From: Raphidiopsis brookii D9
GTDB lineage: Bacteria; Cyanobacteriota; Cyanobacteriia; Cyanobacteriales; Nostocaceae
Length of the DNA: 32,000 bases
NCBI GenBank assembly: GCA_000175855.1
Contig: ACYB01000037.1
Location: 30,001 to 62,000, forward strand
Direction: 5' to 3'
This document shows positions 9,806 through 17,265 of this stretch, in pieces. The position numbers and the translations under genes are program-made. Under the pieces are notes generated by a model. The model had not been told where the DNA came from, did not search any database, and saw only the letters and a program-made list of their open reading frames with translations. Each line of letters starts with the position of its first letter. Position 1 is the stretch's first letter.

Positions 9806-10345
9806 TTAAGCCCACCAGGGGTTTTCATTAGTGCGGAAGTCGGTTTCCGTCCAAGGGGTCAAAACGATAGTGTCATCGTTGACATTAGCATGAGCTAAAG
9901 CTAGAGATTTAGGTGCAGGTCCGCGTACAACTTTACCAGTAGCATCGTATTGAGAACCATGGCAAGGACATTTAAACTTATTCTCTGCTACGTTCCAGGG
10001 AACAACACAACCCAGGTGGGTACAGATAGCATTAATGCCATAGTCAGCAATTGCTTCTTTACTTTCCACCACGATGTAGGTAGGGTCGCCCTTTAATCCT
10101 TGTACTAAAGTCCGATCTCCCACATTGTGACTAGAAAGAAACTTGCTGACACTAACATCATTGCCCAATTCATCCTTTGCGACTGAACCACCACCAGCAC
10201 CACCGCTGGCGGGCGGGATGAAGTAGTTAACAACGGGATAGAGCACTCCAGCAGCTACCCCGGTCACAGTCCCAAAGGTAAGTAAGTTCATAAACTGGCG
10301 ACGACCCATATCAGGTACGTCCATTGATTCAGAAAATTGAGCCAT
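9806..10345 (-). CDS. petC: cytochrome b6-f Rieske iron-sulfur subunit
   Basis: Rieske boxes CTHLGC and CPCHGS. N-terminal TM helix. Immediately upstream of petA on the same strand. Confidence 0.95.
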   Translation of the reverse strand: MAQFSESMDVPDMGRRQFMNLLTFGTVTGVAAGVLYPVVNYFIPPASGGAGGGSVAKDELGNDVSVSKFLSSHNVGDRTLVQGLKGDPTYIVVESKEAIADYGINAICTHLGCVVPWNVAENKFKCPCHGSQYDATGKVVRGPAPKSLALAHANVNDDTIVLTPWTETDFRTNENPWWA

Positions 10346-10584
10346 AGTCTACACGCTCTTTGTGTGGTTTGTTGAGTATTTTGACAAGAGTGGTAGCACT
10401 ATATCAACTCTTGTCTGAGTCGAAATGCTAACACCCCCGGTGATATCTGATCTTATAGGATTGATCTGGCATCATCATTTATTAGCATTACATTTCTTTA
10501 TATCCCTATCATACTTGAGTTAGGGAACTTAATATCATGACTCCATTTTTTATCTGGAGAAAAGGGGTGGAATCCAACCAAAAG

Positions 10585-10974
10585 TTATACTCCTCCTACC
10601 AAAGCAGAATATTTTTCAGCAGTCATTCCCTGAACCACTTCTTGGGCATTACTTATATGCACTTTAATAAACCAGCCATCTCCATAAGGATCATTTCCTA
10701 TGGATTCTGGAGACTCGATCAAGGACTCGTTTCTTTCTATAACTACTCCTGTGACTGGGGATTTTAATTCTTCCACTGCTTTAACTGATTCGATTGTGCC
10801 AAATGATTCTCCTTGAGAAAGGTCATTACCAACCTCTGTCAGTTCTAAAAATACTATATCTCCCAATTGGTCTATGGCAAAATTAGTAATGCCCACAGTA
10901 GCAATTTCACTGTCTAGTCGTACGTATTCATGAGTATCGAGATAGAGTAAATCTTCGGGATATTTCAGCTCCAT
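10585..10974 (-). CDS. gcvH: glycine cleavage system H protein
   Basis: Lipoyl-attachment motif ESVKA. Full-length GcvH similarity. 74 nt downstream of gcvT on the same strand. Confidence 0.93.
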   Translation of the reverse strand: MELKYPEDLLYLDTHEYVRLDSEIATVGITNFAIDQLGDIVFLELTEVGNDLSQGESFGTIESVKAVEELKSPVTGVVIERNESLIESPESIGNDPYGDGWFIKVHISNAQEVVQGMTAEKYSALVGGV

Positions 10975-11048
10975 AATTTTCCTTTCTACATTGAATAATG
11001 TTCCACATCAATAATTTCACATAGATTGTGCCCAAGATTTTTCAACCA

Positions 11049-12203
11049 TCATTTGTGGGCACGATTTTGGGATTTATAAAAAGGGCGTTTTACTACCTGG
11101 GCTGGATAGGTCTTACCACGTATATCTACTTCTAGTTGCTGTTTAATATTTGCTAACTCAGCAGATACATAAGCTAGAGCAATAGGATAGTTTAAGGTGG
11201 GAGACAGAGTACCACTAGTAACCTGTCCAATGATTTTCCCAGATGATAGAACGGAGTAGCCATGACGGGGAATATTTCTTCCCTGAGTTTGTAAACCGAC
11301 TAATTTACGCTCCAAACCCTGGATTTTTTGGCGTTCTAAAACGTCTCGACCAATAAAATCACCTTTTCTATCTAAATGGACTAACCATGCTAAACCAGCT
11401 TCTAAAGGTGTGGTATTATCATCAATGTCTTGACCATAAAGTGACATAGCTGCTTCTAACCGCAATGTATCCCTACAACCTAATCCACAAGGGGTGACAC
11501 CCACACCATGGAGACTTTGCCAAAATTCCAGTCCCGGTTCCGAATCTACCATGATTTCAAAGCCATCTTCCCCTGTGTAACCAGTGCGAGCTAAAAAGGC
11601 TCTACCACCCAAAATTGCGGTTTCTAAATGGCCAAAAGCTTTGATAGGTGTTAGATCATCAGCTACAAAAGACTGTAATATACCAGTAGCTTTTGGACCT
11701 TGGAGGGCAATTAATATTTTATCCCTAGACAGGTCTTCAAATTGAATTTGATTCAAGTCCAGATTTTGCGACAACCAATTCCTGTCTTTATCTGTAGTAG
11801 AGGCGTTAACAATAATGACAACTTTTTCATTATCTGTATTTTTTCCACTTTGACAGTAAATAATGATATCATCAATAATACCACCTTGAGGATTTAATAG
11901 CACAGTGTATTGAGATTGACCAGGTTCCAACCTACTTAAATCAGAAGGGACTAGTTTTTCCAGTTCGGCCATGAGGTTTTTACCCTGGAGGGTAAACTTA
12001 CCCATATGGGAAATATCAAACATTCCCGCGCCATTTCTCACAGCCTGGTGTTCCTCAATAATACTGGTGTATTGTAAGGGCATTTCCCAACCACCAAAGT
12101 TGGTAAATCTGGCTTTCATTTCCACACCAGTGTGATATAGAGGGGTTTTTCCCACCGGTGAAGGAACAGAATGATTTACAGAATGACTGTCTGATTTGAT
12201 CAC
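11049..12203 (-). CDS. gcvT: glycine cleavage system aminomethyltransferase T
   Basis: Full-length GcvT similarity (GWEMPLQY, FDISHMG, ARTGYTGEDGFE). The start at 12203 is GTG; there is no upstream in-frame ATG. Confidence 0.92.
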   Translation of the reverse strand: MIKSDSHSVNHSVPSPVGKTPLYHTGVEMKARFTNFGGWEMPLQYTSIIEEHQAVRNGAGMFDISHMGKFTLQGKNLMAELEKLVPSDLSRLEPGQSQYTVLLNPQGGIIDDIIIYCQSGKNTDNEKVVIIVNASTTDKDRNWLSQNLDLNQIQFEDLSRDKILIALQGPKATGILQSFVADDLTPIKAFGHLETAILGGRAFLARTGYTGEDGFEIMVDSEPGLEFWQSLHGVGVTPCGLGCRDTLRLEAAMSLYGQDIDDNTTPLEAGLAWLVHLDRKGDFIGRDVLERQKIQGLERKLVGLQTQGRNIPRHGYSVLSSGKIIGQVTSGTLSPTLNYPIALAYVSAELANIKQQLEVDIRGKTYPAQVVKRPFYKSQNRAHK

Positions 12204-12276
12204 GAGTTTTGAGTTAAATGACTGTATTTTAGATATTCTAATATTGTAGATTGATAAGATTTATTACTCAAAAATC

Positions 12277-12771
12277 ATGAAGTATTGGCAAATATTTGTC
12301 GGTTTAGTTTTAACCGCAGTGTTCTTTGTATCTAACTTACCCGCACAAGCAGCCAGTTCTTCTAGTATTACCCGGTCTGCAGGGAGTGAGATAGAAATTC
12401 AAGATTATTCGGGAAAAAGTTTAGTAGGTAAGGAGTTCACCAACATTAAATTGGAAAATGCTAACTTTAGTAATGCTGATTTGCGAGGTGTAGTATTTAA
12501 TGGCACATTATTGATTGATGCAAATTTACATGGAGTCAACTTTAGTGACGGAATCTCTTACTTGTCTAATTTTAAGAATTCTAATTTAAGCGATGCCATT
12601 TTTACTAATGCCATGATGTTACGCTCGACATTTAACAATGTGGATGTTACCGGTGCTGACTTTACCAATGCCATTTTAGATGGAGTGGAGGTGAAAAAAC
12701 TGTGTGCTAATGCTAGTGGAGTTAACTCTCAAACTGGAGTTGACACTCGTAAATCCCTAGGTTGTAGATAG
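12277..12771 (+). CDS. secreted/lumenal pentapeptide-repeat protein
   Basis: Signal peptide ending LPAQA-AS. Tandem A(D/N)LXX-type repeats follow (NANFSNADLRGVVFNGTLLIDANLHGVNFSD...). Confidence 0.85.
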   Translation: MKYWQIFVGLVLTAVFFVSNLPAQAASSSSITRSAGSEIEIQDYSGKSLVGKEFTNIKLENANFSNADLRGVVFNGTLLIDANLHGVNFSDGISYLSNFKNSNLSDAIFTNAMMLRSTFNNVDVTGADFTNAILDGVEVKKLCANASGVNSQTGVDTRKSLGCR

Positions 12772-12793
12772 GGGAACTTGGGGAAATGGGGAA

Positions 12794-12865
12794 AGCGGGT
12801 GATGGGACTCGAACCCACGACATTCTGCATGGGAAGCAGACATTCTACCACTGAATTACACCCGC
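12794..12865 (-). tRNA. tRNA-Gly (anticodon CCC)
   Basis: The reverse complement GCGGGTG-TA-ATTC-AGTGGTA-GAAT-G-TCTGC-TTCCCAT-GCAGA-ATGTC-GTGGG-TTCGAGT-CCCAT-CACCCGC-T folds as a canonical 72-nt cloverleaf. CCA is not encoded. Confidence 0.9.
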
Positions 12866-12965
12866 ATTAAATCCGGATTTAATCGTAAGGCAAAAATTTG
12901 TTACTGTCAAGGGATTTTTCCAGATCCCCCCTATTTTTTTGTAATTAGAATCAGAAATTAGAACT

Positions 12966-14078
12966 ATGAACTGGTGGCAAAGACTAAAGAATAACAATTT
13001 AGCGCGATTTGGTGCAATAATACTGTTAGTATTTTACATAGGAGTAATTGGTGCCGATTTTATAGCGCCCTATAATCCCTATGATTCTCAACCTCACGGT
13101 TCCCTATTACCACCAACCAAAATTTATTGGAAAACGCCAGATGGTAAATTTATTGGACCACATATTTATCCCACAACTCAGGGGGATACAAATTTAGAAA
13201 CCGGAGAAAGAAAACTAATTGTTGATTTTCAAAAACCATCACCTCTGGGTTTATTTATAGTTGGTCCTGAATATAGATTATTTGAGGTAAAATTACCCCT
13301 ACCTCCCGCATGGGAAGAAGTAAAGATTATTCCTGGTATCACCCTAAATTTACATTTATTTGGTGCTAAAGATCCAGCCAAATTTAATCTATTAGGAACA
13401 GATGAACAGGGTAGAGACCAATTTAGTCGGTTGCTACATGGAGGAAGGATTAGTCTATTTATCGGGATTTTCGGGATTATTATTACCTACCCATTAGGTT
13501 TAATCATTGGTGGTATTTCTGGCTATTTTGGTGGTTGGATTGATATTATTATTATGCGATTAGCAGAAGTTTTGATGACCTTTCCTAGTATTTATTTATT
13601 AGCAGCACTGTCAGGAATTTTAAGTCCTCAATTGACCAGCACACAAAGATTTCTGCTAATAGTATTAATTACTTCAGTGATTAGTTGGGCTGGTTTGGCC
13701 CGGGTAATTCGCGGTCAAGTCTTGTCTATTAAAGAACAGGATTTTGTTCAAGCATCAATAGCTATGGGGGGCAAACCTTTTTACATTATTCTACGTCATG
13801 TATTACCTCAAACTGCCAGTTATGTAATTATTTCAGCTACTTTAGCTATTCCTAGTTTTATAGGTGCAGAAGCAGTATTAAGTCTAATTGGTTTAGGTAT
13901 TCAACAACCTGATCCTTCTTGGGGAAACATGCTTTCTTTAGCCAGTAATGCTTCTATTTTAGTTTTACAACCGTGGTTAGTTCTAGCTCCAGCTATGCTG
14001 ATAATATTGACGGTTTTAGCATTTAATTTGCTTGGTGATGGATTGAGAGATGCTCTTGACCCCCGGAGTATTCGTTAA
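12966..14078 (+). CDS. ABC transporter permease, DppC/OppC-like (peptide/nickel family)
   Basis: N-terminal OppC-type extension followed by an ABC transmembrane type-1 domain (GTDEQGRDQFSRLLHG, EQDFVQASIAMGGKPFYIILRHVLPQ). Confidence 0.88.
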   Translation: MNWWQRLKNNNLARFGAIILLVFYIGVIGADFIAPYNPYDSQPHGSLLPPTKIYWKTPDGKFIGPHIYPTTQGDTNLETGERKLIVDFQKPSPLGLFIVGPEYRLFEVKLPLPPAWEEVKIIPGITLNLHLFGAKDPAKFNLLGTDEQGRDQFSRLLHGGRISLFIGIFGIIITYPLGLIIGGISGYFGGWIDIIIMRLAEVLMTFPSIYLLAALSGILSPQLTSTQRFLLIVLITSVISWAGLARVIRGQVLSIKEQDFVQASIAMGGKPFYIILRHVLPQTASYVIISATLAIPSFIGAEAVLSLIGLGIQQPDPSWGNMLSLASNASILVLQPWLVLAPAMLIILTVLAFNLLGDGLRDALDPRSIR

Positions 14079-14141
14079 ACCAACCCAAATCTAAGATTTA
14101 GGTGGTTATATTCAAATCAAAATAACCAAACAAGCCCACAC

Positions 14142-15167
14142 CTAATATCTAATTCTTGGATCTATATAAGCATTGAGAATATCAATCACAATACTGGCAC
14201 TAACAACAATTGCCCCGAAAAATACTAACACTCCCTGCACAGTAGTATAATCCCTGTCAGCAATTGCTTGATATAGTCTATTGGCCAATCCAGGCCAAGA
14301 AAAAGTCACCTCTGTTAAAATTGCTCCTCCTAATAAGGAAGCAAATGTTAACCCTAAAACTGTAATTACTGGTATGAGGGCATTTTTTAAGGCGTGGGAT
14401 ACTAAAATTTTGTTTTCTGGTATTCCTCTAGCTCGAGCTGCTTCCACATAGTCAGCTTTGAGAGTTTCTTTTAAGTTGACTCTAACTATTCGCTCAAAAT
14501 GCCACTTAATAAAATTCCTAGGGTTAAACTGGGTAGAGCTAAATGATGCAAGGCCAGGAAAAAATAAATTCAAGTTACCACCCAATAAACTATCAATGGT
14601 ATATAAACCAGTAATGGTTGTGGGAGGACTAATATTGGGGGGAAAACGATTGGAATTAGGAAACCATTGTAACTGGACAGAGAAGACTAATTGTAATAAC
14701 ATCCCCGCCCAGAACATGGGGAGTGCATAGGTGATAATGCCAAATAATCTCCCCCCTAAATCCAAGGGAGTTCCCGGACGGGATGCAGAAAGGGTTCCCA
14801 CTAAAATCCCCACAATGAGAGCTACTAACATGCTACAAACTGCTAGTTCAACCGTTGCAGGAAAATGTTGACTGATGATTTGCCAGACATTTTGACCACG
14901 ACTAGTTAGGGAAGTGCCCAGGTCAAAACGCAGGATGTTCCCCAGGTAGTTGATATACTGTAGCCAAATGGGTAGGTCTAATCCCAATTGTTTTCTCAGT
15001 TCTTCTTTGGCACTTTCTGGAGCCCTACCTCCTAAAATTGCATCTGCTGGATCTCCCGGTGTTGCTCTTAATAAAAGAAAGACAATGGTTAGGATGGTTA
15101 ATAATTGCAGCGGTGCAAATAATAACCGGGAAGCTATGTAATACTGTAGGGCTTTGGACCGAGACAT
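14142..15167 (-). CDS. ABC transporter permease, DppB/OppB-like; contains an internal out-of-frame ~20-codon segment
   Basis: Family pattern is present (LQYYIASRLL, ATPGDPA, ADYVEAARARGIPE, IDILNAYIDPRI). Between 14496 and 14564 the conserved H-L-x-L-P-x-x-T-L-G segment is encoded in a different frame from the called ORF (see findings). Confidence 0.85.
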   Translation of the reverse strand: MSRSKALQYYIASRLLFAPLQLLTILTIVFLLLRATPGDPADAILGGRAPESAKEELRKQLGLDLPIWLQYINYLGNILRFDLGTSLTSRGQNVWQIISQHFPATVELAVCSMLVALIVGILVGTLSASRPGTPLDLGGRLFGIITYALPMFWAGMLLQLVFSVQLQWFPNSNRFPPNISPPTTITGLYTIDSLLGGNLNLFFPGLASFSSTQFNPRNFIKWHFERIVRVNLKETLKADYVEAARARGIPENKILVSHALKNALIPVITVLGLTFASLLGGAILTEVTFSWPGLANRLYQAIADRDYTTVQGVLVFFGAIVVSASIVIDILNAYIDPRIRY

Positions 15168-15204
15168 AGGGTAATAATTGTTTTTATTGGGTTTTATTTG
15201 GGTT

Positions 15205-16842
15205 TTATTTTTTGATGTTTTTGTAAATCAGATTCTGAGTAGGATCAAGTTGCACATTATTAACACCTTTTTGGGCAAAGACATAATCTTTGTTTTGCCA
15301 TAGAGGAATATAAGGAACATCTTCTAAAACTAGGTTCTGAATCTGATTAAATATTTTCTTTCTGGCTTCTGGATTCTGCTCCTGACGCTGTTGATCAATC
15401 AATTTATTCATGGTTTGGCTATAATAAAAAGCTCCTTGGGTTTGACTACCACCTTGTTCACAACCTTTGGTTTCTGAACCTTGCTCACATGCCAAAAATG
15501 GTTGTACATAGTTATCGGGATCTAAAAAGTCTGGATACCAATCTAATAGGGCTATCGGATAGGAACCTTTGGAAATTTCTTTGAAGAATGTTGCTCCTTC
15601 TACAGTTTTAATTTCTAGTTGTAATATTCCACCCATTTTGGTGTCAGCTAGGGATTTTAAAGTTTGTGCCACTAAACTACGGGTAGGTGAACTGGAAGGA
15701 TACCAAACTTGAATTTTGGCTGGCTTTTCTACAGAGAATCCCGCAGCAGTTAACAGGTTTTTAGCCCGATCGAATTCTCCATCACCATATTTGTTTTTAA
15801 ATAATGGTTGGGAAACATTAAATGTTGTCGGAATCATGCTATAAAGCGGATCCGCTTGACCATATAACACCCTGTCGTTTAATAAGGAACGATTGACTAA
15901 TGAGGCGATCGCCTTTCGTACTTCTGGTTGATCTAGGGGTTGTTGATTTCTGTTCAGTACCATATAACTAACTACACTACCTTGAGCAGTTATTGCTTGC
16001 CAATTTCCTCCTTTTGCTCCCTCTTCTAAACTGCGAATTTGATCTGGTTGTAATGACAAATAGGCAACGTCAAAAGCCCCTGTTTTAAAGGCATTAAATA
16101 GGTTGACGGGACTGGATTGAATTTGTACGTTAATCCCCTTGTTTGCCGGTTTTTCTCCCCAATATTGGTCAAAAACATCAAATTTTAACGAATCCGCCCC
16201 ATATTCTTGGAGTTTATATGGACCTGTTCCCACAAATATATTAGGTTGGAATTTACCTGCCCCAATTTGATAGGATTTAGGTGATACTGGACACACTCCC
16301 GAAAAGGCTAATAAGGCAGGAAAAGCCGCAAAAGGTTTCTTTAATCTAATTGTTAATTCATATTTCTTAGTTGCTTTTACTGAATCTATAGTATCCGAAA
16401 GTAAAAAGGATGGTTTACCCTTATTCTCTATAAACCGCTGAATACTGAATTCCATAGCCTTAGCGTTAAAGGGAGTACCATCGTGAAAAACTACATCCTT
16501 ACGCAAAAGAATAGTATATGTTAAACCATCCGCACTAACTTTAGGTAAAGAAGTAGCCAGCTGTGGCTGTATTTGAGTGCTACCTGGATTATATGTGTAC
16601 AGGCGATCGCTCATATTAAAGATTAAACCCAGGGATGCTAATTCATAGGCATCAGCGGGGTCAAGAGTTCTTGGTTTGGCAGTAGTGCCTATAGTAATGC
16701 GAGCATCAACGGAAAGATTCTGGGGAGGGGTACTGGAATGCTGAGTTGGACTACAGCTAATGGTCAGTAAGAAGCATAAAGAGAATAGGGATAGAAATTT
16801 AGCTGGTTTCCCCAACCAGCGGAAAAACTTAGTTATGGCCAT
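15205..16842 (-). CDS. ABC transporter substrate-binding lipoprotein, family 5 (DppA/OppA/NikA-like)
   Basis: Full-length SBP_bac_5 similarity. The likely start is ATG 16842 (MAITKFFRWLG...), giving a lipobox-like LTISC. The track extension to 16929 adds 29 unsupported codons. Confidence 0.88.
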   Translation of the reverse strand: MAITKFFRWLGKPAKFLSLFSLCFLLTISCSPTQHSSTPPQNLSVDARITIGTTAKPRTLDPADAYELASLGLIFNMSDRLYTYNPGSTQIQPQLATSLPKVSADGLTYTILLRKDVVFHDGTPFNAKAMEFSIQRFIENKGKPSFLLSDTIDSVKATKKYELTIRLKKPFAAFPALLAFSGVCPVSPKSYQIGAGKFQPNIFVGTGPYKLQEYGADSLKFDVFDQYWGEKPANKGINVQIQSSPVNLFNAFKTGAFDVAYLSLQPDQIRSLEEGAKGGNWQAITAQGSVVSYMVLNRNQQPLDQPEVRKAIASLVNRSLLNDRVLYGQADPLYSMIPTTFNVSQPLFKNKYGDGEFDRAKNLLTAAGFSVEKPAKIQVWYPSSSPTRSLVAQTLKSLADTKMGGILQLEIKTVEGATFFKEISKGSYPIALLDWYPDFLDPDNYVQPFLACEQGSETKGCEQGGSQTQGAFYYSQTMNKLIDQQRQEQNPEARKKIFNQIQNLVLEDVPYIPLWQNKDYVFAQKGVNNVQLDPTQNLIYKNIKK

Positions 16843-17016
16843 TCGTTTTAACCTTAGCGATAATTTGGCGAACTTACCAAACTTGACCTCCTTCTCCTGG
16901 AATAATAACAAAGACATTTGGATCAACAATCACATTTTCGGGTTATACTTACTAAAACTAAAAAATTCTCATTTTTGCTTGGAGCTGAAATAAGAGAGTT
17001 CTTGAAAGTGATGAGC

Positions 17017-17124
17017 TGGAGGACTTAACTTGTGACGGCAAATCGCCGATAATAAACCTAGCCACAAGGCTATCGAGTAAGTGCGAGGTTTCGACCCGTA
17101 TGCACTCGCCGACTGGAGTCCCCA
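17017..17124. ncRNA. candidate structured RNA element: closing helix plus three hairpins; family and strand unknown
   Basis: Helices read directly from the sequence:
- 17017..17025 TGGAGGACT pairs with 17117..17124 AGTCCCCA (8 bp, one bulged A).
- CGGC/GCCG, 17036..17039 with 17045..17048.
- TAGCC/GGCTA, 17059..17063 with 17068..17072.
- CGAGT/ACTCG, 17074..17078 with 17104..17108. This encloses GTGCG.GGT-TTCG-ACC.CGTAT.
No match to any RNA family I can recognise. Confidence 0.3.
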
Positions 17125-17163
17125 TTTTTCTAAAGCGGGGAAATATCAATCAAGACTGGCAAT

Positions 17164-17192
17164 AACAAAAACTCACCCGAGACTTACGGGTG
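17164..17192 (-). terminator. terminator-like hairpin on the strand antisense to the psbB leader
   Basis: Minus strand reads CACCCG-TAAGTCT-CGGGTG (17192..17174), then AG-TTTTT-G-TT. On the + strand the same hairpin has no U tract after it. Confidence 0.4.
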
Positions 17193-17265
17193 CTAGATTA
17201 TCACCTGATCAGTCTCAGCAAGAAAATTGCTTTGTAAACTAACTTTTTAAGGAGGGGCGTAGTCA

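Noticed and set aside
12204-12276. Glycine riboswitch upstream of gcvT
   Set aside because: Only 73 nt separate gcvT from the divergent pentapeptide gene, too short for a tandem glycine aptamer. I saw no conserved glycine-aptamer core.
12772-12965. tRNA-Gly as an integration hotspot or island boundary
   Set aside because: Both flanks are ordinary core genes. There is no integrase, and I noticed no repeat of the tRNA 3' end nearby.
14104-14127. Hairpin GGTTAT...ATAACC between the convergent permease genes as a terminator
   Set aside because: It is a 6-bp AU-rich stem with a 12-nt loop and no flanking U-tract on either strand, which is too weak to call.
16843-16929. N-terminal ORF extensions suggested by the track (SBP 16843..16929; also bioB 6656..6688, cysS 24085..24117, PPIase 29211..29306, HlyD 30766..30789, coaBC 19114..19137)
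   Set aside because: Downstream ATGs give family-typical N-termini and have better RBSs. Several extensions begin at TTG/GTG and overlap neighbouring genes or terminators.
17009-17097. Hammerhead-ribozyme-like core fragments (GTGATGAG at 17009..17016 and CGAAAC)
   Set aside because: The UGAUGAG-like box is on the + strand, but CGAAAC is present only on the - strand (+ strand reads GTTTCGAC). The near-invariant first C of CUGAUGA is G. The helices do not place the boxes at a three-way junction.
17074-17124. tmRNA-like GGTTTCGAC motif
   Set aside because: There is no GGGG acceptor 5' end and no T-arm/ACCA 3' end. There is no tag-like reading frame ending in hydrophobic residues plus AA. Only ~180 nt remain before psbB, far too short for ssrA.
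16958-17149. 63-aa minus-strand ORF in the SBP-psbB spacer
   Set aside because: It has no RBS, a low-complexity SSSSS run and no recognisable family. It lies exactly over the helices of the candidate structured element, so the open frame is more likely incidental.
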